Shown here: positions 1 through 9,074 of the stretch, piece after piece
Numbering within the stretch: position 1 is the stretch's first letter
Layout: each line of letters begins with the position of its first letter
From: Candidatus Doudnabacteria bacterium
GTDB taxonomy: Bacteria; Patescibacteriota; Doudnabacteria; UBA920; O2-02-FULL-48-8
Reading direction: 5' to 3'
DNA length: 45,788 nucleotides
Assembly: GCA_016186915.1 (NCBI GenBank)
Contig: JACPKU010000007.1
Coordinates: 1 to 45,788, forward strand
Notes under the pieces: generated by a model
What the model saw: the letters and a program-made list of their open reading frames with translations, nothing else
Database searches by the model: none
What the model was told of the DNA's origin: nothing
Made by a program: the position numbers and the translations under genes

Positions 1-491
1 GTAGCACCCGTGTGATCAGAAAGGAAAATCCTTCCCGCGCCGGTAATCACCGTGCCTGCGGAATCAAGATGAACTAAGATACCGCTTGTTTGGGTAATTC
101 CAGTTGCGTCAACGTGGATGGCTTTGCCGGTGGTAATGGCGGCGAGGTCAGACATATCAATGCCTTTGCCAGTTGTTAATGCGCCAAGGGCGATGTCAAC
201 GCCGTTGCCAGAGGTCACTAAGGCGGCGTTGATATCCAAAGCATCCGTGGTTGTGGCCCCGGAAGCAATGGTCGTGGCGCCGGTATGCGTTGTCGAACCA
301 ATAGTGAAGGAACCAGTCGTGTTGCTGGCGCCCAAAATAAAGGCGTCAGCCGCAGCCGTGTCTATGGCCGTGCTCGTAAAGGTCAGCGTAGCCGAGGCAG
401 CGGTTGCCAAAAAAGCAAAGGCGAAAACCAAGACGGCAATCATCAAAGCTTTTTGTCTATTGTTTACAATGTATGCAGTTAATTGTTTCAT
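1..491 (-). CDS. Secreted/surface protein with short Thr/Gly-rich repeats (beta-solenoid-like), runs off the left edge
   Basis: Not in the ORF track. My translation from ATG at 491 gives MKQLTAYIVNNRQKALMIAVLVFAFAFLATAASA (signal peptide), then repeats VTSGNGVDI / LTTGKGIDM / ITTGKAIHV / QTSGILVHL. Frame is open to position 1. Confidence 0.75.
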   Translation of the reverse strand, partial: MKQLTAYIVNNRQKALMIAVLVFAFAFLATAASATLTFTSTAIDTAAADAFILGASNTTGSFTIGSTTHTGATTIASGATTTDALDINAALVTSGNGVDIALGALTTGKGIDMSDLAAITTGKAIHVDATGITQTSGILVHLDSAGTVITGAGRIFLSDHTGA

Positions 492-865
492 TGTTTTATT
501 ATTAATTACTTATTTATTAATTATCTTTCTAACGTATAGACTTTTTGGTTATCCCTATATCGACCAAGGTTAGGGAATTATTTTATAAATAAAAACACAC
601 CTAAATAGGTATGAGTTATTTAACAAAATGAAATTTCTCCAAAGCAAGAACCTGCTCTGAAGTATTATCTATGCAGATAGAATTTAAATCTTTTTCTTTC
701 AATTTTTTATCTTTATTTGTCTTGTTTATTTAGTTTCTTAAGGTGAAGAATTATCCACAAGACACAAAAAGTGTAACACAAACATTTAAAAAAGGCAAAT
801 TTGGAATTTCTAAGCTCAAATATCTCGCAGTTTCCCCTCTCCTTCTGAAAGGAAAAAGAGTCAGA

Positions 866-1126
866 TTACAAATTCTTATAAACGTTTTTGCGATGTCTAA
901 GCCGATGTAAAATTAATCTTGACCGGTCAAAACTATAGACTAATCTATAAACGCCAATGCGTATTCGCCATGCTGGAAAACTGATTTTTAGTTTTTTAAC
1001 TCCAAGATTTGGATCCACCGGATTTTTGCGCAACACAAGAAGCAGGCCATCCGCCTGCTTCTTAATTTCTTCTGGAATACCTTTCAAGTCTTTGCGAAAC
1101 TGCGGCGTAAAAAACAGCTCGCGCAT
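866..1126 (-). CDS. RelE/ParE-family type II toxin
   Basis: 86 aa, basic; F-TPQFRKDLK start and KKLK...WRIRIGVYRLVY motif typical of RelE. Confidence 0.85.
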   Translation of the reverse strand: MRELFFTPQFRKDLKGIPEEIKKQADGLLLVLRKNPVDPNLGVKKLKISFPAWRIRIGVYRLVYSFDRSRLILHRLRHRKNVYKNL

Positions 1127-1131
1127 CGGAA

Positions 1132-1341
1132 TTATATTTCCTTTAGCGAATTAGTCTTTTTCAATTTGCTTGATCGTGCTTGCTTAAAAGACAATTCCAA
1201 GCCTTTAAGAAATTCCTGGCTGAAACTTCCATGAGACTCCAAAATATCTTCTAGGGTATCCGCCAAGTCATTGCTGATCCTAAAAAGTCTATAAGCCTCT
1301 TTTGGCGCTAATTTAAATTCTGTTATATTAGTCCTGGCCAT
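1132..1341 (-). CDS. Putative antitoxin of the RelE-like toxin
   Basis: 69 aa, directly upstream of the toxin; LADTLEDIL..F.KGL..S......GK-like C-terminus. Confidence 0.65.
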   Translation of the reverse strand: MARTNITEFKLAPKEAYRLFRISNDLADTLEDILESHGSFSQEFLKGLELSFKQARSSKLKKTNSLKEI

Positions 1342-1406
1342 GTTCTTATATTGTTTTAGTGAATGAATACTAACACGATTAAACTCCTGGTGTCAAAAAG
1401 TATACG

Positions 1407-1833
1407 AGTTCTAAGTTAATAGTTCTTAGTTCGTAAAGTACTAAGTTATAAAGTCTTAATCAGCCCCGAGATCAATTTTGAGATTTCTACTGTTGCTCTG
1501 TAAATATGCTCGAATTGATCCTTTGTTATATAGCCTAATTCCAAAGCAATATAAGCCATAGATCTGACTTCTGCACAAGAACCCTTGGCTATATACAGAA
1601 ACTTTCTGAATTCTTTATTGCCTTTTCTTTCGAATCCTTCGGCAATATTATTTGACATGCTGACCACGGCACTCCTGATTTGATCGCGGAAACTGAAGTC
1701 GCGATTATCTTTAAAAACTTGGTAAACATAAATCGCCAAGTCCCTAGACTTCTGCCACGAGATTATATCTTCAAATTTTTCTATCACCATATAACTTTAT
1801 GAACTTAGAACTTAGAACTTAGAACTCAGAACT
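1407..1833. repeat. 7-mer (GAACTTA) tandem repeats in inverted orientation on both sides of the four-helix gene; a further patch near 3104-3138
   Basis: gaactta-gaactta-gaactta-gaactca-gaact at 1801-1833; degenerate reverse-complement units at about 1407-1448. Confidence 0.75.
1446..1790 (-). CDS. Four-helix bundle protein (23S rRNA intervening-sequence protein family)
   Basis: FEDIISWQKS, DQIRSAVVSMSNNIAEGFER and FLYIAKGSCAEV motifs. Confidence 0.9.
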   Translation of the reverse strand: MVIEKFEDIISWQKSRDLAIYVYQVFKDNRDFSFRDQIRSAVVSMSNNIAEGFERKGNKEFRKFLYIAKGSCAEVRSMAYIALELGYITKDQFEHIYRATVEISKLISGLIKTL

Positions 1834-1835
1834 TT

Positions 1836-2582
1836 CTATTTGATAACATCCTCTAATAACTTCACGCCCTCTTCGTAAGATAAGCCGTGAGTTCTAAAAA
1901 CCAACGCCCCAATACCCGGGTTAGGGGTGCTTAAGATAGCCGCCGGCCTGCCCGCCGAAGCTTCAGCGAAGGCGGGATCTCCATTCCCGTCTGCTTCCAC
2001 GGTATTTTTAATGATGTAGGCGGTATAAGGCACGAAACTGCCGCTGGGAATAGTGATGGTTTGCTCGACCGTGATCTCTACGACCGGGTCTTGATCAGTC
2101 AGGTGCAGCTTCAATTTATTCCCGACATTTTCAAACCAAGCAGTCTTAAACAAGACAAGACCTAAGTCTGGGCAGTTTTTATACCCCGTGGTGGCATAGC
2201 CAAAATCGAGATTGGAACTGTTCTGAAACGTGCCCACCGCCAAGAAGCCTTCGGAACATTCATATGTTTCTACCCTGACCTCACCGAAACTCGCCGGATA
2301 GGTAAACTCAAATTCGTATTCGGGATTTCTGTAGATTTTCTTGTCCGCCGACTCACTTAAGACAGGGGGCGCCTGAATGTCGCCAACAGTTGCGGGCTCA
2401 CCTTCCTGCGGCACTGAATTTTGATCAGAAGGCTGGGACCCGATCTCGTAAGTTTTTTGCTCGCCCAAAATATCTTGGTTGGGATTCCCAGCTTGGTTAT
2501 TTTTATAAAAATTTAAACCCGCGGCAATCGCGATAACTGCCAGAACCCCTAACCACATTATAATTTTATTTTTGGGAGTCAT
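1836..2582 (-). CDS. Membrane-anchored hypothetical protein
   Basis: N-terminal TM helix, YRNPEYEFEFTYP (PsbP-like CPR motif); an in-frame palindromic repeat encodes PAFAEASAGRP. Confidence 0.7.
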   Translation of the reverse strand: MTPKNKIIMWLGVLAVIAIAAGLNFYKNNQAGNPNQDILGEQKTYEIGSQPSDQNSVPQEGEPATVGDIQAPPVLSESADKKIYRNPEYEFEFTYPASFGEVRVETYECSEGFLAVGTFQNSSNLDFGYATTGYKNCPDLGLVLFKTAWFENVGNKLKLHLTDQDPVVEITVEQTITIPSGSFVPYTAYIIKNTVEADGNGDPAFAEASAGRPAAILSTPNPGIGALVFRTHGLSYEEGVKLLEDVIK

Positions 2583-2609
2583 GTTAAGTAATAAGAATTG
2601 TTAGTTGCT

Positions 2610-3077
2610 TCGCAATCCTGATGACAATCAGGATCTCTTTACAAACTCTTCGTATAAGTCTTTCCATTCTGGGTTATACTTTTCGATTAGCTCTATTTTC
2701 CATTGTCTGTGCCAATTTTTAATTTGTCTTTCCCGTTCTAACGCCTGTTCTACCGTCTCACACGGTTCAAAGTATACAAGCTTCGTCAAATTGTATTTCT
2801 TGGTAAAGCCTTCTACTAACTTCCGTTTATGTTGATCAATTCTTTCCAGACCATAACCTGAACTGCCTGTATATAACACGGTATTCGTCTTATTCGTCAT
2901 TATATAGATCGCGGGTTCTCGGTCGTCCATAATTTTTTGAGATGCTGAATTAAATTCAGCATTACGTGAGAGAGTCAGGGTTCGTCCCTCCTCCCGCAAT
3001 CCTGATGTCATTCAGGATCTCTTTCTTTGAGACCCTGAATCAAGTTCAGGGTTGCGTAAGAGTGTTCAGGATTGCGA
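2610..3077. repeat. Paired REP-like palindromes flanking the GIY-YIG gene
   Basis: CGCAATCCTGATG-CA-TCAGGATCTCTTT at about 2611 and 2995; GAGA--CTGAAT-AA-TTCAG at about 2939 and 3029. Confidence 0.8.
2628..2930 (-). CDS. GIY-YIG nuclease (short UPF0213-like)
   Basis: AIYIMTN...LYTG..ERIDQH...GFTKKY..KLVYFE...ALERERQIKNW..NPEWKDL; start reassigned to the ATG at 2930 because upstream codons are repeat DNA. Confidence 0.9.
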   Translation of the reverse strand: MDDREPAIYIMTNKTNTVLYTGSSGYGLERIDQHKRKLVEGFTKKYNLTKLVYFEPCETVEQALERERQIKNWHRQWKIELIEKYNPEWKDLYEEFVKRS

Positions 3078-3128
3078 AAAAGTCTTCTATTCTAACTTTA
3101 CAAACTCAGAACTTAGAACTTTATTAAC

Positions 3129-3875
3129 TCAGAACTTATTTCTTAGCCTTTGAATCTCGGCCTCATAAATCTCGTAGCTCTCCGGATGCGCTTCTTGGGC
3201 CTTTTGCCACTGCTCGATTGCTCCACTTATGTCGCCAATGCTTTCCAAATACCCAGCAAAGCTGGTAAAGATATCGGTCTTTTCCTTTACCGCTGCTTCA
3301 GCCAAGGCATATAAGTCCCGAATTTCAGATTCCGACCAATCTAATTTTTCCACGGCCAACAGCAGATACCGTCTCCAAGCGTCGGGATTATTCGGCAGGA
3401 GCTCCAAAGATTTTTGAATGCTTGCTTCCGCTTGTTGGTAGTTTCCCATTTCAAAGTAAACTTGGTATAAGTGGACATAAATATTAAAGTTTTCCGGATT
3501 AACCTCGGCCGCTTGAATAAAAACATCCCTGGCCTCGGCCAGCTTGCCTAATCCAGACAGCTGGACGGCCTTGTAAACCAAAGCGTCGGATTTTTCTTGA
3601 TTATCTTTGGCTTCGGCAATAAATCTCTCGGCCTCAACCAAACGGTCTTCGTAAACCTTGCGGTCTTCGTCGCTTAGCTTGCGGTCCACTTCCTCAATGA
3701 AACTGGTTTGCTTCTGTTGCTCCTGCCAAACCGTAAAGCCTATGACTGCGCCGAGTAAAATAATAGCAATTAGGATTCCAAAAATAAGTTGTTTATTTCC
3801 GCCAATAGATTTTGCGCCAGCCGGAGGCTCAACCTTCGGCTGAAGTCCGCCCCCGGCGGACATTTCTTCGTTCAT
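3129..3875 (-). CDS. Membrane-anchored TPR-repeat protein
   Basis: TM helix followed by TPR-like helices (A...P.N..Y..L...Y..MGNY..A); the N-terminal about 25 aa are encoded by a palindromic repeat. Confidence 0.8.
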   Translation of the reverse strand: MNEEMSAGGGLQPKVEPPAGAKSIGGNKQLIFGILIAIILLGAVIGFTVWQEQQKQTSFIEEVDRKLSDEDRKVYEDRLVEAERFIAEAKDNQEKSDALVYKAVQLSGLGKLAEARDVFIQAAEVNPENFNIYVHLYQVYFEMGNYQQAEASIQKSLELLPNNPDAWRRYLLLAVEKLDWSESEIRDLYALAEAAVKEKTDIFTSFAGYLESIGDISGAIEQWQKAQEAHPESYEIYEAEIQRLRNKF

Positions 3876-4002
3876 AAATTATTCATTTAATTGCCTGACA
3901 ATTTTAGCAAAAAAGCTGGATCTTTTCAAGCATAAATTCAACGGGTTGTCATTCTGAACGCAACCTTTTCCTCCTTGTCATCGCGAACTTTTTTCCATTC
4001 TC

Positions 4003-4104
4003 CCATCCCCGCTGAGGATTCTGACGGGTTGGGCGGGGATCTAATCCTCGATCAGGTCGAGGTAAGATCCTCGATTACTTGCCCAACCCTCACCTCGGGG
4101 ATGG
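4003..4104. repeat. Gene-less copy of the inverted-repeat ends that flank the GIY-YIG gene at 32.3-32.6 kb
   Basis: CATCCCCGCTGAGG...GCGGGGATCT then AGATCC-CGA-TACTTG...CTCGGGGATGG; the same two motifs occur at 32265-32302 and 32621-32660. Confidence 0.8.
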
Positions 4105-4224
4105 GCAGGAGGGAGGGAAATCCTCTCCTCGGGGATGGGTGGAAAGTAGGATGGCAATAGTTTCTTAAATTATACCAAATCAAAACCGCCCGATCGGCTG
4201 ACTAGGCGGTAATGTCAAAAATAT

Positions 4225-4485
4225 TTATTGCGGCAGTTCGATGCCGAGTTTGGCCGCGGCCTGTTTGGCCCACTTTTCCAGAACTTCCAGCCGGCGGTGG
4301 ATGACGATATGCTCATCGCGAAAATCTTTGACCAGCTTGGCCAGGTTGTCAATTGATGTTTGGAGAATTCTGACTTGGCTTTCCAGATCGTCGAATCTTT
4401 CAGCAACTAAACGAAACCCTTCGTCCATTTCCTTTCGGCCAGCCAAAGACTCAGTCAGCAATTTTATGTCTTCTTTAGTAAGCAT
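4225..4485 (-). CDS. Small coiled-coil hypothetical protein
   Basis: 86 aa with heptad pattern; MLTKEDIK start; hairpin terminator near 4183-4210. Confidence 0.7.
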   Translation of the reverse strand: MLTKEDIKLLTESLAGRKEMDEGFRLVAERFDDLESQVRILQTSIDNLAKLVKDFRDEHIVIHRRLEVLEKWAKQAAAKLGIELPQ

Positions 4486-4560
4486 AGCGCCCTTTTAAAG
4501 ATTACCTTCCTAATTCATGGTAAATAAATTTTAGTCGCGAAAAAACGCTTTGTCAATAGC

Positions 4561-4589
4561 AAAACCCCGCGCCTGGCTGGCGCGGGGTT
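4561..4589 (-). terminator. Intrinsic terminator of the S-layer-like gene
   Basis: AACCCCGCGCC-N-GGCGCGGGGTT hairpin followed by a T-run on the - strand. Confidence 0.75.
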
Positions 4590-4631
4590 AGGACAATTAT
4601 TCTCGTAATTGCGAACGGTTGAACTAACTTG

Positions 4632-7600
4632 TTAGTTAGTCATTGTGTTCGACGTGGTCGGCAAGAACTTGAGCAAGTGATTGTTGACCCAGTCAAGAGT
4701 GCCGGTGTCGTGGTTGGCCGCTGACATATCGCTCCAGACGAATGTTGCGTCGTCTGCAGTAAGATCATTGTCATTGGTCAGGTATGCGGCGGAGTCAACG
4801 TGCGCCAAGTTGGAGCCAATGTAGGTGGACACGTATTCTCCAGTGGAGATTGCGCCACCTGCGGTTACCCGAACTTCATAGGTCTTAGCGCCGCTCACGG
4901 TTTCTTCCACGTTAAGATCGGCTTTGGTGCCGACGGTAATGAGAAGTTCGCAAGTCGTGTCTGACGCATCGCAATCAGCGTCTGCGCCTTCATCAGAGTT
5001 CTGGAATATTTCCGCGGCTGTAACTTGAGTGTTACCACCGCTGGTGACATCCCATATGCTTGGAACGGTCAAAACCGGATCAAGGCTCTTGCTGATGTAG
5101 ATCAAAACGTCCTTCCAAGCCACTGAACCGGTGCCATTGGTATTCACTGTGAACTTGGCAATGGTCCTGGTGCCAGCTGTTAAGGCGGTGGAAGGCAGGT
5201 TTTCGTAGGTCACGGTCGGTACGGCTTTGTAGACGTACATCACGTTGCCTGCTGGATCAGCCGAAGCTTCAGTGACTGCTGCTGAGACACCTTGTGAATT
5301 TCTGCGGGTGGCAGAAGTCAAGGTGGTCAGAAGCGAGGAACCGGTAGTGCCTGCGCCCACACCTACGCTGGCCATAGTCAGTTCAACTTTCAGCACAACA
5401 TTGTTGTTGGCATCCACAGGCACTGACACATTGTTGAAGGTTGTGGTAGCGGCTGCGGGCTTGCTGGCAACTGTCGTGCCGTCAGCTTTCTTTAGGGTGA
5501 CGGTTGAGACAGCTGAAACATTGGCGATTGTGAAGGTGATGTCTGTGACGGTAAAGCCGTCATAGAGCGATTCAAACTTCCATGCGCCAGAGACCACGGT
5601 GCCGGAATCATCAACCAAGGCGGAAACCGGGGCCGAAGCGTCTTTCGACACTGTCAGGGTTCCAGCTTCAACGGTGATGGTTTGCCCGGTCGCGCCATTG
5701 TCAGTAGCAACGGCGTCGGAGTCAGTGTCGGCATAGACAGTAGTACCAGATTGAGCAGTGATACCAGTGACACGCATGTAAGTAATCATGGTGTCGTCAC
5801 TGCCGGCAGCAGTGATGCTTGAACCAATGGTGGCCCAAACTTCTACGGTCATGCTGCCGTCTATCGGAAGCGTTTCGCTGACTGACCAGGAGTTGGCCAT
5901 GGAGGTGATTGAACCGTCAGCTACCGTTCCTTTGATGGAACTGGTCTTGCCACCGTATTTAAGAAACACGTTGGTCAGATCGTCTGATGGGTCAAACGTA
6001 TCATTGCCCACAAAACCGATGGCCATGGTGTTGAGGTTCACAGCTTCAGTGGCATTTCCCGTAAGGTCAAACGAAGCCAGCTTGTAAGAGCTTTGAGGTG
6101 CAACCGTGCTCTGGTTTGGATAGCTTGGAGTTGAAGCCAAAGCGATCGAGCCAGAAGCAATGGTTAAGCTGTTGGCATTAACGTTCGCGGAAGGAACATC
6201 CAGGGTGCCCAAGGAAACCTGCGGCACCGCGTTGTTGAGAGTAGCGCCGCCAACCAAGGCCACTTGTACTGTGGTCGTAGTTAAGAGCGCGATTTGATCG
6301 GTGCCTTCATTGTCAAAGATGTCGGCACGGAATTCCACGGTGGCCGGGGTTCCAGGGTTAACCAAAAAGTTAACCGTGAAGCTTTGGCCGGTCGCGGCGG
6401 CATCAGCGGCAGCCACATGAGTGGTTGAGCCATATTGCGCGCCGTTGATCATGACGCGGCCATTGCGGAAGGTGTTGTCGGCATCAGTGCCGTTCACATC
6501 AATACCCACAGTCAGGGTTTCCAATTTCACTGCTTCGCCATAGACCGTAACGGTCCAGGTGCCCAATGAAACATCCGATCCGCCAACAGTCACATTTTGT
6601 GATTGTGAGTTGGAGGCCTTGACCACAGTCACAGTGCCGGCGTTAACCGTAAAGGCAGCTGGATCATATGGGAAGGCATCACCCGTGGCCGTAACAATCG
6701 GAGCGGCATTGTATTGGGTGTCAATCACGCGGATATCGTAAGCGCCGCGCAGCGACATTTGGACCGTGCGTCCGGAGCCGCCGATGACGTCAGCGATAAC
6801 TTTGAGCACGCGGGAACCGGTGGTCAAAGTTTTGCTTAGGGTGAAGGTAACATAGCCGTTGCCATCCAAGGCTGCTTGGGAGGCTATTTCCACGCCATCA
6901 ACAAACAATCGGAAGTTCTTGATGTCTACTGATTGAATGGAACCAATTTGGCGCAAAGCCAAACGATTCAGAGTAACATCGCGAGTGGTAACAGAGACAG
7001 TGCCCTGCCAGACATTGATGTCAGTGCCAGGATCTGTGTCGCCAGAGCCGGTAGGCGCAGTGCTTAAGTCAGCGCCTGCCAAAGTGGCGGTGGCGATGGA
7101 GTGGTTGTTGCCAGCAACTGGCAAGCCACCGACTGAGCCGGACGAGAGAGTCACGGCAGTCAATTTCACGCCCACGGTTTCACCGGCGGTAGCGGCCATG
7201 TCAGCTCGGGCAGAAACTGTCTTGGTGCCTGAAACTGAGAACAGACCGCCTGAATTGCTGAAGTTGATCACGCTGCCGGAGGTAACAGAAGCGGCATCAG
7301 TAACTCTGACATCGCCGTCAAACAAATAAACGTTGGTCAGCGAGGTGTCAGCTGAAATGCCGGTTCGCTGCATGGTAACGGCGGTTACAGTGCCAGAGCC
7401 TGAGAACACGAAGTTCGCCAGGACCGCTTGGGATTCGTCGTTGATTAGAGTGGAAGCAGCGGGACCGGACAGCGAAACGTTAAGAGATCCTGTGGGGGTG
7501 GAAACGCTGGCACAAGTGCCGCGAGCTTCCACCAGTCCTTCGTCCGTGGCTGCGAGGTCAGCAGAGTTGGCAGTCACGACTTTGGCCAAACTAAAGCCAT

Positions 7601-8171
7601 GGGAGTTAAAGACGCTCATAGAAGCGATGCCTTTGCGTCCAGTGGCAGTCATTTGCCAAATGGTGCCGGAAGCGTTGACCAGCACGCCTGCACTGTGGCG
7701 TTCGGTGGCGGACTCGAGATTGGCGCCGGTGGGCAGGTCAGCAAAAGTGTTGACTGCCGCGGACATGATGTTAGCAAAGCTAAAACCCAGTCCGGTAAAC
7801 ACCGAGCCGGAAACGAATCCTCGCTTTTGTCCGTTGGCTACTAAGTAGACCAAGGGATCAGAAGGCCCCTTGACTAAAGAGCCGTCTGCGTAGACCTGAA
7901 TGGGACCTACTGGCAGAGTGGCATCTTCAGAGTTAGCGGCAACCACTTGACCGAAGTTATTCCCGTGAGAGGTAAAAACTTCCGCGGAAGTGTAACCCCG
8001 CTTCTGTCCGCCGGTCACCAAATAAACGGTGCCCGACTCATTGATCAGACAGTTGTCGCCATGAGGAGCAGCAAAAGCTACAGGCAAAGCAAATAATGAC
8101 ACACTCCACAAAATCATGGAGATGGCCAATCCGCCTGCCAAGCCTCTGCGTGCTTGAATAGATAATTGCAT
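4632..8171 (-). CDS. Large secreted S-layer-like/cell-surface protein
   Basis: 1179 aa; signal peptide; N-terminal repeats (GTVYLV..GQKR...S..VF...G..F..V); Ala/Thr/Ser/Val-rich beta-sandwich body; SD AGGAG. Confidence 0.8.
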   Translation of the reverse strand: MQLSIQARRGLAGGLAISMILWSVSLFALPVAFAAPHGDNCLINESGTVYLVTGGQKRGYTSAEVFTSHGNNFGQVVAANSEDATLPVGPIQVYADGSLVKGPSDPLVYLVANGQKRGFVSGSVFTGLGFSFANIMSAAVNTFADLPTGANLESATERHSAGVLVNASGTIWQMTATGRKGIASMSVFNSHGFSLAKVVTANSADLAATDEGLVEARGTCASVSTPTGSLNVSLSGPAASTLINDESQAVLANFVFSGSGTVTAVTMQRTGISADTSLTNVYLFDGDVRVTDAASVTSGSVINFSNSGGLFSVSGTKTVSARADMAATAGETVGVKLTAVTLSSGSVGGLPVAGNNHSIATATLAGADLSTAPTGSGDTDPGTDINVWQGTVSVTTRDVTLNRLALRQIGSIQSVDIKNFRLFVDGVEIASQAALDGNGYVTFTLSKTLTTGSRVLKVIADVIGGSGRTVQMSLRGAYDIRVIDTQYNAAPIVTATGDAFPYDPAAFTVNAGTVTVVKASNSQSQNVTVGGSDVSLGTWTVTVYGEAVKLETLTVGIDVNGTDADNTFRNGRVMINGAQYGSTTHVAAADAAATGQSFTVNFLVNPGTPATVEFRADIFDNEGTDQIALLTTTTVQVALVGGATLNNAVPQVSLGTLDVPSANVNANSLTIASGSIALASTPSYPNQSTVAPQSSYKLASFDLTGNATEAVNLNTMAIGFVGNDTFDPSDDLTNVFLKYGGKTSSIKGTVADGSITSMANSWSVSETLPIDGSMTVEVWATIGSSITAAGSDDTMITYMRVTGITAQSGTTVYADTDSDAVATDNGATGQTITVEAGTLTVSKDASAPVSALVDDSGTVVSGAWKFESLYDGFTVTDITFTIANVSAVSTVTLKKADGTTVASKPAAATTTFNNVSVPVDANNNVVLKVELTMASVGVGAGTTGSSLLTTLTSATRRNSQGVSAAVTEASADPAGNVMYVYKAVPTVTYENLPSTALTAGTRTIAKFTVNTNGTGSVAWKDVLIYISKSLDPVLTVPSIWDVTSGGNTQVTAAEIFQNSDEGADADCDASDTTCELLITVGTKADLNVEETVSGAKTYEVRVTAGGAISTGEYVSTYIGSNLAHVDSAAYLTNDNDLTADDATFVWSDMSAANHDTGTLDWVNNHLLKFLPTTSNTMTN

Positions 8172-8647
8172 TATTTTCTCCTGTTTATAGAAATCTTAAG
8201 AAACGATTAATTAATAGTTCATATGAGACCATCAATTACCATTTCATTCGATTTTCCGCCAGAGGTTTTTGCGCCAGCCAGGGGCTGGCCAGCCTTCGGC
8301 TGGGATCCGCTTTTGGCGGACAATAAACATTCTTTCGTTAATTCTTTATGGATACCTGTTGTCCAGATTAATGACAAAGACCGACCGTGCCCTGAACCGG
8401 AAACGTTAGTGACTGATTTCGGGCCAGTGTCTTCTTAAGACAACAAATATAATCCATAATCTAAGACGTTGTTTGCCAATGAAAGTTACAAGCCAAGTAT
8501 GGGCTTGAGGCATTCATGCAAACCCTCAAAAATCAAGGTTAAAACCTAAAAATAACACAAAAACACCGCAGTAAACTTCGAGTTTAGCTGAGGCAGATTA
8601 TGTGGATAATCTTTGAGATTTCAACAACTTCATCTTTGAGTATCCAA

Positions 8648-8676
8648 ATTATAAAGATAATCTACTGTCTTGTCAA
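8648..8676 (-). promoter_or_regulatory. Consensus sigma70 promoter, probably for the S-layer-like gene (about 470 nt leader)
   Basis: TTGACA-17 nt-TATAAT on the - strand. Confidence 0.7.
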
Positions 8677-8769
8677 GTTTGAGTAAATTTGTTAGAATCT
8701 TCAAAGAATGTGCGAAAGTAGCACAAATGGTAGTGCACCTTGCCTTCCCCGCCTGCCAAGGCCTTTGGT

Positions 8770-8843
8770 GCGGGATTAGTATAGTGGTAGTACATCACCC
8801 TTCCAAGGTGAGAGGACGGGTTCAAGTCCCGTATCCCGCTCCA
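8770..8843 (+). tRNA. tRNA-Gly(TCC)
   Basis: GCGGGAT acceptor stem, TCACC-CTTCCAA-GGTGA anticodon arm, GGTTCAAGTCC T-arm, encoded CCA. Confidence 0.95.
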
Positions 8844-9074
8844 GTGGCATCGGCGGGCAGGCAAGGTGGGACGTAGGGTTCTTGAGCACATTTATGAACA
8901 AATATTGGCGAAATCCGCCTAAGTCCAGCGGACAAAGGCGGAGATTCCGGTATCCCGGCTTCAATAAGATAAAAAACCGACTAAATATTGGCGATTTTTT
9001 GTTTGTCCACATAATTAAAAACTGCTAATGATAGGTTCAAAACAATTATTCACATTTTATCTACAACCACACAA

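Noticed and set aside
118-573. 151-aa + strand ORF
   Set aside because: Antisense shadow of the - strand secreted protein starting at 491, which has a clear signal peptide and repeats
5245-7848. Several + strand ORFs within the S-layer gene, and those opposite groEL and nrdJ
   Set aside because: Antisense shadows caused by codon bias of highly expressed genes
9003-9065. Cluster of DnaA-box-like 9-mers (TTGTCCACA, TTATTCACA, TTATCTACA) as a possible oriC
   Set aside because: All have a mismatch, the spacer is short, there is no dnaA/dnaN nearby, and single boxes also occur at 751 and 8601
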